Made by a program: the position numbers and the translations under genes. Shown here piece by piece: positions 29,282-63,976 of a stretch of 64,000 bases of DNA (positions are counted from its first letter, which is position 1; each line of letters begins with the position of its first letter). The notes beneath the pieces are model-generated. The model was not told where the DNA came from. It saw only the letters and a program-made list of their open reading frames with translations, and did not search any database. The DNA comes from Amoebidium appalachense (taxonomy: Eukaryota > Protista > Ichthyosporea): positions 4,764,708 to 4,828,707 of the forward strand of contig CAVNZM010000017.1 in NCBI GenBank assembly GCA_963693365.1, given 5' to 3'.

Positions 29282-30060
29282 AACATCACCAACAGACTGG
29301 GATCGAACGGTCGCCTGCAAAGTTTTCAGTTACCGTGTATAACAATTTGAATGACAAGTGACAACAAATAGGTTTAAAAGGTTGCGCAACGTTCAAGCGA
29401 GCCTACCCAATTAACATGGCATCTCTTGTGACAACCTGTACGTTTGCTTGCCGGCTTTAGACGACGTGTAGTGCTCATGAAAAGTGCTAGCCGATGATCT
29501 TGAACTTGCGCACGGAGGAAGATTTTCGTGCACCAGGCTAGATGGAACGCAGATTCTGAAGTGCCCGGGCTGTAACAATATCGGGTCCCATCTAGAAGCT
29601 AGGAAGCAATTTTTATTCCATTCCGAACCTAACAGGCTGAAAATAAAAATCCAGCTCGTACACATACAACAGTGGCTCGCCCAGATGCTTCGATCACTGT
29701 CACGTTTGCTGTCCCCCCCCCCCCCCCCCCCCTATGTGTGCATAGCGGCACCCCACAACGACTCCCACCTCACTCCACTATCACCGGGCCTAACCAACCT
29801 CTAGATCTGAGGCACATCGAAACCGTGCACATGACTGTACGTACGTACCAAAGATCCGAACCAGTATATATATCACTATTCAGTTGTGTTAAGACTTGTG
29901 ACAAGAGCTGCGGCCCTCCGAGTCAGCTAGAAGGGCCTGCATCTACTTTTTGAAGTCTCTTGCAAACAATTTAGTAATGCATAAACACTATATCCACTTC
30001 TGTCTGTTTAGTTCTGCTTTGCTATTTGGCTAGGGCCTCATGAAAGGCTTGAATCCCGTC

Positions 30061-30109
<49 letters not shown>

Positions 30110-30277
30110 TCCTCCCCGGGTCCTCTTCCCCCAACACAGATACTACACACACACACACACACACCACATGCGCAACACACACACACACACACACCACACA
30201 CACCACACGCGCAACACACACACACACGCGCACACACGCACGAACACACACACGCACACACACACACAAGCACAACC

Positions 30278-30314
<37 letters not shown>

Positions 30315-30353
30315 GCACAACCAACACACACACACACACACACAAGCACAACC

Positions 30354-30391
<38 letters not shown>

Positions 30392-30849
30392 ACCAACACC
30401 TCTTACACCAGACTCATGCACCAGCCATCCCTACATAGAGGTCAACTTCACTTTGCCTCGAAGCTCAAAGCTCCGAATTGCAAAAACATACGTTCACACA
30501 ATGAAACGAATTACACACCCCTCATTAACAGGTGGTTTAGAAATGATTTCCTACGACTAAACAAGAAACACGAGGTTTTTCTTGCCTGAAATGTAAACAT
30601 GTGAGCTAAGAATCAAACACAAATACGAGCATATGAATGTGTGTGACCTTCACCCTTAGGCAAGCCATCATACGTGCACACTATTTTGTAAGTAGATTTT
30701 TGCCTCAACGAAAAAAGGTAGACCATATATACCCCCGATAAGATCGAATATACTATCAAGCTCTACTAAAAACCGATTTGTTCAGAGAAATTCAACACAA
30801 CTTGTGCTGTGGCACTCTAAGAGCACAAACAAAATACAAGCAAGACGGA

Positions 30850-30895
<46 letters not shown>

Positions 30896-30994
30896 ACCAC
30901 CACCCAAAAAAAGCCCCACTCCATCCGTCGTAACAGGGTGTTTAAATACTTCACGACGCAGAGACACACAAACACACATCCAAAATTGCCCCCA

Positions 30995-42393
<11,399 letters not shown>

Positions 42394-43844
42394 CTGTGAT
42401 GGGTTAAAGGGAGAAAGTTAGATGCAGAAAAAAGGGGACTGCGTACGTATGTAAGTGGGTTAATGTGTGTGATTGAATGTGCTGCAACAGGCGCCTGGAT
42501 GTGTCTGTGCTGCAGCTGAGTAAAGTTTGGCGGATAGCACAGGAGGCAGGAGGGGTGAAGGTGGCCGCCGCCTCCCCCTCCCCCCCCCCTCCCCCCCCCT
42601 CCCCCCCCCCCCCACCAAACTCCAATGCACACACACACACACACACACTCAAACACCACTATCACCACCACCACCATTTTCCCATGAGCTTATCTGTTAC
42701 ACAATCACCATCGCAGACCACCTTCCCTCCGAATCCTTCCCCTTTTTCTTGCCTCCTCATTTTTCGCTCTAGTCCACAACTTGACAGGGCAACATGGCCC
42801 CAAGATGTTTCTGTCAAAAATCTCACCTCCATTTCCAGAACCTAACCAGCGCATATCCAGTCAACACAGCTATGCCTTCGTACACAATTCAACACATGCA
42901 CATGCATGACAAAACTGCGGTAAATGTCGGTGTCGAAATCTCCCGTATGTGGCTGTTCATTTTGCCACCATGGCGGCGAATAAAATAAAATGGAACAGAT
43001 ATCTGACTCGTAAATCACGCACCAAGGCCCAACAAATTCTCTACAGCCCCAACCTAATAGTGCACACCAAACTTAACATAACACGATAACCCGAAAAACA
43101 CACAGCGAAAAAGGAGAAAAAAGGGGAAACCCCACCTGTGCGAGGTCTTCATCAAAGATGTCAGCCCTGTGGTCTTGGAAACGTGGGTACATTCTCAGCG
43201 CTGCCCCTGCGCGTGGGCTATCTGCCCACTCACGTGCTCTGTCCTAGGTCAAGCATGGAGCTAATGTTACTGAAGAATGCCTCTTGTCAGAGAGATCGTT
43301 TCTCGACACCAGACAAAAGAACTATGTAAAGAGCCACGTAATTAGAGTTGGGAACAAAGTGCTTCCTGACTCACAGCAAGTGAAGTTTTTACCTCTAGCA
43401 GTGTGATACAACTAACCCCACACGTATGTACCTGCACAAGGGAATATAACTGAGAGCATTACAGGTGTGTGTTTCCTGGGTAGAGAAGAAGGCCCCGGTG
43501 TATCACAGTAGCATATCAATATCCAATTGACTTCTTGAACCTCGAGCTAAGAAAGCACACACATATACCTATGTTCACGTCTATCTTTTCAGATGATCTC
43601 TCTCCTATAGACCAACAACTCAAAAACTACCTTTGAAAACCAAGCACCCCTAACAAGCCAAACCGGTATCATATAAGGTCAAAAAGTTCCCCCCAACATA
43701 TTTTCAAATTTTGGCTGCTCCATGAGATTGACTTGTGTGATATATAGCCAATGAAAATATGTATTTTTGATTCATTGTTCACGGGGGGGTTGGCTCACAG
43801 TCATAGAAGCGACACAGGCGTTACAAACACTCTCGTCACAGCGA

Positions 43845-43950
43845 TGTCGATATTACTTGAAAGAAAAAACAGTGATATCGATAGTACTTGATATCGATAG
43901 TACTTGAAAGAAAAAACAGTGATATCGATAGTACTTGAAAGAAAAAACAT
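43845..43950. repeat. Short tandem repeat (~31-bp unit, about 3 copies)
   Basis: GATATCGATAGTACTTGAAAGAAAAAACAGT repeated, with one internal partial copy. Confidence 0.8.
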
Positions 43951-44549
43951 GTATGGTCTTCAGTTTCGCGTTTTACATTTTCAACTATGCAAATCCCGCT
44001 GCAAACCCACTACAAACACCAATTTAAACTGCGTTTCCAGTTTCGTTTGGAGATTTGCTTCCTCCGTAGCCAACAGGGCCTCCTTTCTCCTACCTGGCAG
44101 GCCTTCACTATTTGATCCTCCTCCGCTGACCAGATGGTGTTTTTTTGGTCTTACATATCCAGGTTTCACATGCTGTTACCGGTACAGCAGCCCTGTCTAT
44201 ATTTCGCCTTCTTTGCCTCTCCTCATCCTTTCTCTCGTCTGTTTCTCGACCATCCCACCCTTTTATTTTCTTGTCGTGCACTTTTTATCCACTGGGGGGG
44301 AAGGGGGGGGGGGGGGGGGGGGGGGGAGGGGGGGGGGGAGGGAGGGGGAGGGAGGGGGGGGGGGGCACACACACACACACACACACACCCAAAAAAAAAA
44401 AAAAAAAAAAAAAAGAGGGTGGGGGCGGGGCAGGGGAAGGTGGGGGTGAAACGAAAAAACAAGGAGCTTGCCGCCATCTGCCAGTACACCTCCCTCATCT
44501 CCTTTCTTCCCTCCCTCCCTCCCTTTCTCTCCCTCCCTTTCTCTCCCTC

Positions 44550-44604
<55 letters not shown>

Positions 44605-44764
44605 CCCCCCCCCTCTCGCACACACACACACACACACTCTCTCTCTCTCTCTCTCCCCCCCTCCCCCCCCCCCCTCCCCCTCCCTCTCTCTGTCACTTGT
44701 CACTCTGTCTCTGTCTCTCTCTCTCTCCCTGACTTCTCACTCTCCCTCCTTCCCAACCACCCTT

Positions 44765-44818
<54 letters not shown>

Positions 44819-45369
44819 CCCCCCTCCCCCTCCCTCCCCCCCCCCCCCCCCACACACCCCCCTCCATCTGCTCTCCCCCACTTATCTACCCCCCTCCCCC
44901 CACCTTCTTCCTCTTTCCGTCTCCCATCACTCCCCCCCCCCCTTTCCCGCGACACACTCTGAAACACACTCGAGCACACAACACAAAGTATAAGCACCGC
45001 GAGTTAGGCACCACAAAAAAAGTATATTGCACCACAAAAAAAAAAAAAGAATATTTTGCATACTGCTCTAATGATTCCTTGGTCTCGTTGCACCTATCAT
45101 ATCATGCTATTTGCAAGAATAAGTAAAACTTCCCCCTTTTTAGTTATCAAAGTACCTTCATCATTCATAACGGCTTGTTGGGTTATCTTGTTCCGTGATT
45201 ATTTGTGCAGTACCATAGTATTATTGACCAACTAGAATCCCTAGTCACATTAACAACGACACACGTCGATTCTTTTTCATTTGAAATCACATAATAACTT
45301 TGTGCACATATAGACCGTATTTTCTTTTTTGTCACCCTCACATTTAACAACGCGAATTTTCAACACATT

Positions 45370-45845
45370 CTAGCGGGATTGGTTGTTGTTTCTGGTCAGG
45401 TCGTCCAGGAGGTTGCCTAATTCCTGCGGCCCGCCCGCCGCAATTTGCTGCTGCAGTGCGGCGGTGTTGAACCCAAGAAGACCCGTGCGGAACATTTGGT
45501 CTGTGTGAGAATAATGGTGAGGAATTATTTTTTATTTTTAATATTATATATATCTTACAATTTGAATATCTCATGAAATGCGCAAAGTGTGTTAAATAAA
45601 TACTGTGCGAGTATATACGTACAGAGTATGCGGAACACTACGTGATTTTATGTAGAGCATACTGTGTGTATCATGAAGAAAACGAAGGAAAGGTGAACAT
45701 TAAAAACGAGAAAACAACTTGTGTGCGGAACTTATGATGTTCGTTGTCGGATCTATGGTGGTGTTCAGAAGAAGGTCCTTTTTTTTTTTTTTCTCTTTTT
45801 TTTTTCTTCTGTGGGTGTGTGGGTGTGTGGGTGTTTGTGTGCTGT

Positions 45846-45884
<39 letters not shown>

Positions 45885-46069
45885 TGATATTCTTGTGCCA
45901 TCAGAATGGTAAGAAGAATACTCGTAGTCAAATGTGGGGACACAGAGCTTTGGGCACGCCCGTGTATTGTGGGTATGTGAATGGTGTACATACCGTACGT
46001 GCGCATGCAGATGTGCATGTGAACGTGTCTTATCTTTATCATACACGGTGTAGGTTGTGTGTTTGGCAC

Positions 46070-46105
<36 letters not shown>

Positions 46106-46170
46106 TCACTCACAAAGAGTGCGATTGTGCGCACGTGTGGTGTGTGTGTATGGGCAAGGGGGGGGGGGGG

Positions 46171-46205
<35 letters not shown>

Positions 46206-46924
46206 GAGGGGGTACCAATCATGGGACGCAGAGCCTGACCCATTGCTGTGCTCTCGAACAGAGCTGGGAGGGTGCGGATATAGTCGGGTATGCCTTTTCC
46301 GGTTAGAAACTCGGCCACCTCATTGGTAAAGCTGCAAATTGAGAACAAAATGCGTGTCAGAATTCACGGATATAAAAAGGTCCGAGTGTCGGAATATGTA
46401 CGTACAAGATCTTCACGGGGCTTTAGTACTAATGAGTAGTAGTGTCTTCACGGGGTTTTAGTACTAATGAGTAGTAGTGTCTACACGGGGTTTTAGTACT
46501 AATGAGTAGTAGTGTCTTCACGGGGTTTTAGTACTAATGAGTAGTAGTGTCTACACGGGGTTTTAGTACTAATGAGTAGTAGTGTCTTCACGGGGTTTTA
46601 GTACTAATGAGTAGTAGTGTCTTCACGGGGTTTTAGTACTAATGAGTAGTAGTGTCTACACGGGGTTGTAGTACTAATGAGTACTAATGAGACACAAATG
46701 CAGGTACCGTGGGCTTGGAGAACTAATGGCAGACCTATGAATTGATAAAGTGCCCATGGAGAGAGAGGGAAAGGGGGGGGGGGGGGGGGGGGGGGGGGGG
46801 AGGGGGGGGGGGGGGGCGGGGCGTTGAAGGGGGGGGGGGGGGGGGGGGGGGGGAGGACAGGTAGGGTTTTTTCCCGTGTATTGCGGGGAGAGAAAGGTGG
46901 AAGGGGGCGGGCGGAAGGGGGGAA

Positions 46925-46961
<37 letters not shown>

Positions 46962-47732
46962 CCTGTTGCAGTTGTTGTCCAGCAAGTGATAGTGCTGCTC
47001 CCTGCACACAGATCACATGTAAGGTTAGCATTGACATCTGTGCAACCTACAGAGAAAAAAAGGGAAAAGAAAAGAAAACATTAAATCCACACAACAACAA
47101 TCTCTCTCTCTCCCTCTCCCCCCCCCCCCCCCCCCCCTCTCCTTCACACACACCACACCAACACACACACACCCAATAAACTCCGTCGTAACACCAGGTG
47201 GGGGTTGGGAGGCGTGGGGTGGGGGAGGGGGGTGAGAGGATGTTTGGGGGGGGGGGGGGGGGAGGTTGGGGGGGGGGGGGGGAGGGGGGGGGGGGGGGGG
47301 GGGGGGGAAGAAAGGGTTGGGGGAAGGGGGGCGGGGTGGTTCAGGGGTAGGTGGAGGGAGGCCCAAGGGGGGAAGGGAGGAGGGGGAGGGGGGGGGGGGG
47401 GGGGGGGGAGGGGATAGGACATATCATACCCATATCTGGTGCGGAGATCGTCCACAAACTCTCTAAACACCGCCTCAGGAATGTGGGTGCTGCCGAGGTC
47501 GTGCACTCGCAGGGGTCGACCGTGGTGTGTGGTGCCCTGTGAGTGAATGAATAATGGTGGCAAAATTTAAGTCTTATTGGTTGCACCTTTGAAATCACGG
47601 GCTGTATGTGCTCTAATGCCCCCCTCTCCCGTCCCCCCCTCCCCCCCCCCTCCCCTCCCCCTCTCAACACCCCTGCAAAAAAAAAAGAGAAAGGAGCGCA
47701 AAAACACACCACCCACACCCATCCACACACGT

Positions 47733-47783
<51 letters not shown>

Positions 47784-47903
47784 ATAGACATGCCTGGCGG
47801 ACACGCCTTACACACACCCACACACCGTTGACTCTGAGCGAGAGATATATAAATAAGGAGCGAGAGCGAGACTCCGGGGTGGGGGAAGGGGGGGGGGGGG
47901 GGT

Positions 47904-47939
<36 letters not shown>

Positions 47940-48143
47940 GGAGGAGGAGGAGGGTACTTACGGGGTTGTACTCGTTGATCCCACCCTCTGTTTGGCCGAA
48001 TGTCCACGAGTCAGTTAAGTTCGGTTTTTTAGCCTATCATTTTGCCAAAGCTCGCATTCCCCCCCCCCCCCCCCCCCCCCCTCTATGCAACCTCCCTTCC
48101 ATCGTACACGCACGCGCGCCTGCGCCCGAGTGCGCACGCACAT

Positions 48144-48183
<40 letters not shown>

Positions 48184-49290
48184 CCGACACACAAAGACAC
48201 AGACCCAAAACAGGAGGGAAAATGCTTTTGAAGGGCCCCCCCCCCCCCCCCCCGGGGGGGGGGATATATAAAAGTCTCTCTCTTGTCCCCAATAAATTAC
48301 CCCCCTGCCCAATATCAGCCCACCAGCTGTGATGACACTTATTAACAACACACCCATACGGGCACCCGTCAGAAGCTTCAAAACAGCCTACAACCTTTTT
48401 GCTAGTTTTGATCATGAAGATAGACTTAGAGCTTGAGCTAAAATACGTCCCTGCAGTTCAGCCAGAGGGTAGTGTTGCCCTGAATGAGATAAATTTTTCT
48501 GGTTACAACAATGAGCGGTGTTTTTGAAAGCTTCTTTCTTGTATGTAAAGGTATTCTCTCTCACACGCTCCTTTTTTTTTTTTAACCTTGTGGCGAAGGG
48601 GGGGGATGGGGGGGGGGGGGGGGGGGGGGGGGAGGGAGGGGGGCTTGCTCACCTCCAAAGTAGAACTCTTTCCCATAAACTACTACTGATGAATGCCTGT
48701 GAAGGTTCGTGTGTTACAGAAATTGGCTCCCAATTTTGTCATTTTAGTTTCAATTGAATTTGCCACAGGAAATGTGATAACTAATTAACTAAACTTTGGC
48801 CCAAACGATGACACAACAAATTCATTATATATTCACTTTAATCTCGGCTCCAGTTATTCATCCATTTCTCTTTCTCTTATTCATTCTTGATCAGGCTTAA
48901 TAAGGAACAGTGAGTGTCGGTGTTGGTGGTGATATGTTAGGTGGACGGGTGAGTGTTGGGCACGCAAAGGCGAAGTGGGAGCGAGGAGGGAGGCTCCGAG
49001 GGGAAGGGGGAGAGAAAGGGGTTGTGTATTCGCACAATAGGGATGGGGGTTGTGTATTCGCACCATATACATGACCACCTTTTTCTATTCGTAACTAATA
49101 ATAGCACAGGCTCGGACATTGTACTAATAATCACTATATACATTAAAAGTCACGCGCAAGCACCAAACGAATTAAAAACTTACCATATTCCCTCCAGCGG
49201 GATGCCAAGAAACTGCTGTGCGTACATGCGGGCAGCCCCGTGCGAGAGGTCGTACACGTACAGCTGCACTTTCTGCTCTACCTCGGCCAT
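45370..49290 (-). CDS. DESI1: Desumoylating isopeptidase 1-like (PPPDE/C97 peptidase)
   Basis: Exons: 49290-49184 (MAEVEQKVQLYVYDLSHGAARMYAQQFLGIPLEGIW), 48696-48653 (HSSVVVYGKEFYFG), 47987-47962, 47536-47430, 47001-46963 (YHLLDNNCN), 46331-46216 (FTNEVAEFLTGKGIPDYIRTLP), 45500-45370 (TAG). The catalytic His and Cys motifs are intact. Confidence 0.92.
46411..46691. repeat. 35-bp minisatellite, about 8 copies, in a DESI1 intron
   Basis: Unit CT(T/A)CACGGGGTTTTAGTACTAATGAGTAGTAGTGT starts at 46411, 46446, 46481, 46516, 46551, 46586, 46621 and 46656. It contains the palindrome TTAGTACTAA and has no spacers. Confidence 0.95.
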
Positions 49291-49937
49291 AGTGATATGA
49301 TAAATTATATCTTTATATAGATGTTGGATGGATGTTATTTCTCAGTTACTGCGATTAATTATTCAAGTTGTTACGAGTGAAAGTTCGTTGTGCGCCCTTC
49401 TACAGCAAGGGTGGTGTGTTGTTACCAAAAGATTTAAGAGGCTTGCTTTTACGTGTGAAATAAACGGAAGGGAAAGAAAGGAGGAAAGTACAGAGTTACT
49501 CACTAATACTTGTATGTCCACACGGTGTTGGTAACGTATGTATGTGTAGGATAAGAACGAGGCGAATTTCGAAACTTTGAAAGAAAGATTTCTTTCAAAC
49601 GATATACAAAACAATGGAACGACACCACGCAATACACTACTCGTGAAGCATGAAAACCTCCGACTTATATGGAAAGCCAATGTTTTCTCCGTGCTTTCCC
49701 CGACTTCTGTGCACGCACTCTCCCTTGGCAAAATGATGAGCTTATGGGGCCCAAGCCAACCTGTTATACCTGACGGAACATTCGCGATTCGAGCCCATGT
49801 GAACAGCATTGCAACCGATTGGCTTAGCGCGCACCGCCAAATCTAAGCTAATCATATCTCAGAACATATCTGTAAATAACCTGAAATGGTAATGTTCCCG
49901 AAAGTGAACTTATTGCTGATTGGCTTATGATGATGCG
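49291..49937. promoter_or_regulatory. Putative bidirectional promoter
   Basis: ~650-bp microsatellite-free gap between the divergent ATGs of DESI1 (49290) and the oxidoreductase (49938). Confidence 0.5.
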
Positions 49938-59257
<9,320 letters not shown>

Positions 59258-59912
59258 ACAGGTAGTGGTTAAGGTTTTGGTTGGCGTTTCTCCACTACTG
59301 TATGATCTCAATATGACAGTATGACGTTTATGTATGTGGCATTGTTAACATTACATTACTGTATATGGTGTGATTTCCCTTGTTGCAGAAGCTGCCCCTC
59401 CAGTGTTTTTCAGTTGCCAACTGAAATGTGAAAATGAATGCGGATCTGACCTGTACATAGATATAGTATTTCAAGTTATTTATTTAGTCATGTTATTTAT
59501 TATTTTAATTTCACTGTTTAGGCACCGGCAATTTCTGGCATTGCCATTGAATAATAGTGTTCGGGGCCCTGTGCATGCCATGATTCTTAATGATTTACTT
59601 ACCAACGGAAGTGGTGCTACAAGTGCTGGGTACCGTTTTATTTTTATTTTATTTCCAATCTATCGTCTTATGAGATTTTGTTTTGTTGGCGGGTTTTCTT
59701 CTTCTTCTTCTTCTCCTCCTTCCACATTTTCGTTCTTTGGGCTGGATGGGCGATTATGGATAACTGAATATTCCAGGATGCTATTGGCGTAACAGTCACA
59801 TTGCCGTACGCCGGAATAAAATTGAAAAATATTTCATGGGATAGATCTATAAAAATCAAGAACATGTGTTTTGGTTTTTTTTTGATTTCTTTTTTGTTTT
59901 TTTTTGGTTGGG

Positions 59913-59966
<54 letters not shown>

Positions 59967-59968
59967 GA

Positions 59969-60248
59969 CAGCACTTGCGGAGGGGGTGCGGAGGGGTTTT
60001 CATGAACTTGCAGAGGGGTTTGACGGTTTTGCGGAGGGGTAAAAGTTTGGTTGCGGAGGGGTTTTCTTACTTTGCGGAGGGGTGGACCCCTCTGCACCCC
60101 AGAAGTTACCCCCTCCGCACACCCCCATCCACCCCTCCGCGAGTGTCAGAATTCACGAAGCAGAGGGGTTTCTAGGAAGGGTGCCAAAAAAAACGACTCT
60201 GCGGAGGGGTTCAAAATTTTATCAAAAGTCCACTGCAGAGGGGTGCTG
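59969..60248. repeat. Array of TGC(G/A)GAGGGG decamers with unique spacers, partly inverted; possible MITE or protein-binding array
   Basis: Direct copies at 59976, 59987, 60009, 60030, 60052 and 60073; inverted copies at 60087, 60110 and 60132; direct again at ~60160, 60200 and 60234. Bounded by CAGCAC…GTGCTG. Confidence 0.7.
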
Positions 60249-62029
60249 CCCTCAGCCCCCCCTCCCCCCCCCCCCCCCCCCCCCTCCCCCCACCCGTGCC
60301 ACCCCCCCCCCCCCCGGCCCCCCCCCCCTCTACCCCCCCCCCCCCCCCCTGTGGTACTATTAGTATCCAAACACACACATGCACACACCCGGGTACACAT
60401 TGTCAAGCACACACGCACACAAACCGTGGCACGCGCGCGCACACACACAGGTACAGTACACACACGTGCACACTGCTCGCACACACATATACACACACGC
60501 ACACATGTACACGCACACACACTGGAGCCTTCGACATCATCGGAGTTCCGGCGGTGGGGACGGTGCCACACGTCTGCATGTGACATCGTGCCGCGACTGA
60601 TCGTGCACGTGATGTCATGACACACCGCCTCATCATCAAAATGCATGACGGTACCGGTGAGTCTCATATGCGTGATGCGCACGCATGCGCATGCATAAAC
60701 CTGTGGTGAAAGCTTGACATAATACCAATTCGTAGTTCCATCCATACATGTCGAGCCTTTACCCATATGCATATGCATATGAGAAATGTTTATTTTCATG
60801 TTTGGATGTCACAATTGATGTCACATAGGTACATGGTGTTTTCAGTTGTTATCATGCATGCTCATGTTGCCATCTGCATGCGGCTCAATCACAACACGGC
60901 ACGAACTGGCGTGGGGGGCGGCTTATATACTTTTTTCCGGATTCAAGGTGGGAGTTGATTGGTTGGTTTCGGACCTTTATTTCTTTGAATAGCGATTGGC
61001 TGTTTGAGTGAATGATTTTCCAGAGGATGCTGGAGAGATGCACAACGACACGTGTATGTGCTGTTTCAAAGAGCAAGAGGTACTATGTATACTATTAGGC
61101 TACCATAATGTGCAGATCTGATTCTTTTCGATTAGTTAGTTCAAAAAAAGCTTTTAAGGGACTCGATTGCATTTTTTACTCGGTGATAAGCTGAATACTT
61201 TCCCGTATTTTACGATGTTTTGGAGCACGACAATGCATGTGGCAAAAAGAATGCTTTGCCATGCTCCTCATTTCAACCTTTGATGGTATCCCCAATCACG
61301 TGTCCGGAAGTGTTTTTATCAGTTTTTCCTATTGCATACAAATCATGGTTCGATCTGAGTGGTGTGATCAGGTTGATTTGATTGGCTTAGTTTGATTCAC
61401 TCGTCTGTGAAAGTTTGGATACCTCCCACGCATTCCGTGCATAAGATGAATAAATAAAGCACCCTGCCGTCACTGTGGATGTGAGAAGCGCTGCTATAAA
61501 CGCGCTAAATAGATAGGGAGACATGTAAAACAAATACAATTATACTAATATATATATATATATATATATATATTTTCCTTTTTGCATTAATTGCTGTTTT
61601 AATACCAGTAATATCAAAAAGAGACACGCAGGTCTAAGAGGGTAATCTTAAGTGCGGATAAATGCCGTGCCAGATCTGTGACAAAAAGTTCAGGCTTTGC
61701 TGCGCGGGCCGCGAAGTTCATTTTTGTTTTTCGTTCGATCACACAGCAAACTGTCCCTGTGAATAGTTACGCTTGTATGCAGTGTAGGGATAAATTTTAG
61801 AGCTTTCTTGCAAAATTCAACCCTTCAGTTATAAAAAGGGATACGCTCATCAATTTGCGTTGCAGCTTTAGTTACATATTTGATATAACTAGCTAGAGGC
61901 TGCACAGGTACATTTTCGTTCTGCCCTACTTTCAGGAACAATTGCCAGCAATTTTGCCAGAAAATCACACGGGATTCACTTACAACCACTATTCTAACCT
62001 GCAAAAGAATTTAAAAGCATAGTTCAACC

Positions 62030-63147
62030 ATGTCACAGCTTTGTTTCTTTCAAAACACCCAACCTGCTCCAAGCAACAAGCCACCGGCTGGTTCTTCACT
62101 TTCGTTTTTTATGCAGGGCTCAAATTCGCAACCAAGCACACCACCAGGCAGTATGCTTTCCATGGGTGGAATCAATAATATCAGCAGTTTTCACTCTCGG
62201 TCCGCATTTCATGCCCCGACCTCTGTAGATGGACTTCAACAAGGCTGTCACGAGGATTCGACGGCAGTTATTGGTGATAAACGCTTTAAGGTGTGTGCGT
62301 TGAGATATTCTTAAAATTATAATGTGCAAGTTCTTGTCTTAATCCGGTACTTTTGATATTCACAGTGCTTCTGTTTTTGGTTTGCCTTATTTCCTTAGGT
62401 TACAGGGTTTCTTGCATTTGTAAGATATTTTGTATATGCATTCGGCTGAATATTCGTTGTTTTTTATTCCCGTGCAGATTTTGGAGGATTTGGAATGTGT
62501 TCGATGAATTTAAATAAGTGGCTAGGTTAACCAAATTTTGTTTGCTTAGTTAGTCGCCACCACCGAACTCCCCCTCTCACCGTGCACGTGCGGCACGGAC
62601 ACACACACGCGCGCGCGCGCGCGCCGCGCGCACACGCACACGAGCGCGCATGCGCAGACATGCACAGACACGTACACACAAAAAAACACACATCCAAACA
62701 CGCACACATGTGCACACACACACAAAGATCATGACATGCACACACACACGCGCGCGCACACATACACACACTATGACACACACACACACACACACACCAG
62801 TCGCACAGTATACGTATCCAGTCAGCATGTTGCAATGTGACACAATGACTGACTTTAGATAATTCTGACACACGCAGATTGGCAAAGTGATCGAATCCGG
62901 TCACACCGCCGTTGTATTAAAAGCATTCGACACCCTAAGGGGAGAAGACGTTGCTGTTAAGCGCATTGTGAAGACACAGGTTGCCAGGCAGGTTGTGATT
63001 CGTGAATCGTCAGTTCTGAGGGGGTTGGATCATCAAAACATTATTAAGCTTCACGATGTAAGTATCCAATAAGAGCACACAATACAAAGAAATGCCCCCC
63101 CCTCCCCCCCCATACACACACACCACCACCACCACCGCCCACACACA

Positions 63148-63194
<47 letters not shown>

Positions 63195-63506
63195 ATGCAG
63201 GGCACACAGATGTGTGGTGCATGCAAGGCCCGTTCAAGTCCGCTCTGAATTACCACATGCACAAAGCACCCCTAAATTACACACATGCACATGTGCTCAC
63301 ACATACAGCCAAGGGGTACACCTGCACGAACACACACACACACACACGTGCACATGCACGGACGCGCGTACACGCGCGCATACACACACACACACATGTG
63401 GGCCCGCCAGCAGCATGGCATATTGTAACACAAACACAGCACACACATAATAAGACCACGCATGCGTGTACATTTCCAACCTTACATGTACATTGTGATT
63501 GTGTGG

Positions 63507-63547
<41 letters not shown>

Positions 63548-63892
63548 TGCAGGTTCGAGCGCAACCTCGACCTTCGGCCCCTTCCCCCCCCCTCCCTCGC
63601 CCCCTTCGCACCACACAATGCGCTCTTATTGAGCACAATCACACACGTTTCACTGGTGGGCGTGTTTACAATCTATCTTCAGATATTATCTGACGCCCAC
63701 ATCCACACACAGGTTGTCGAAACACCCCACCATTTTCTCCTTGTTATGGAGTACGTGTCTGGCGGGGACCTCTTTGCCAAAGTTTGTGAGGATGGCCCCA
63801 AGGATACCTCCGAGCTGCCTCACATAATGCTCTTCCGCCAAATTCTTTCGGCTTTGGCCTACATGCACGAAAACGGATATTGCCATAGAGAT
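62030..63892 (+). CDS. CAMK-group (AMPK/MARK-like) Ser/Thr kinase, 5' part; continues beyond the window
   Basis: Exons: 62030-62290, 62878-63057 (IGKVIESGHTAVVLKAFDTLRGEDVAVKRI…RESSVLRGLDHQNIIKLHD), 63713-63892 (VVETPHHFLLVMEYVSGGDLF…FRQILSALAYMHENGYCHRD|GTAAG). Confidence 0.9.
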
Positions 63893-63922
63893 GTAAGTGG
63901 ACCCCCCCCCCCCCCAAAAAAA

Positions 63923-63976
<54 letters not shown>

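Noticed and set aside
46411-46691. CRISPR array (35-bp repeat with internal palindrome)
   Set aside because: Units are directly adjacent with no unique spacers, no cas genes are present, and the array is in a eukaryotic intron.
59969-60248. Mini-CRISPR-like repeat/spacer array
   Set aside because: Repeats are only 10 bp, spacers are ~11-12 bp, and orientation flips mid-array. It is better explained as a binding-site array or MITE.
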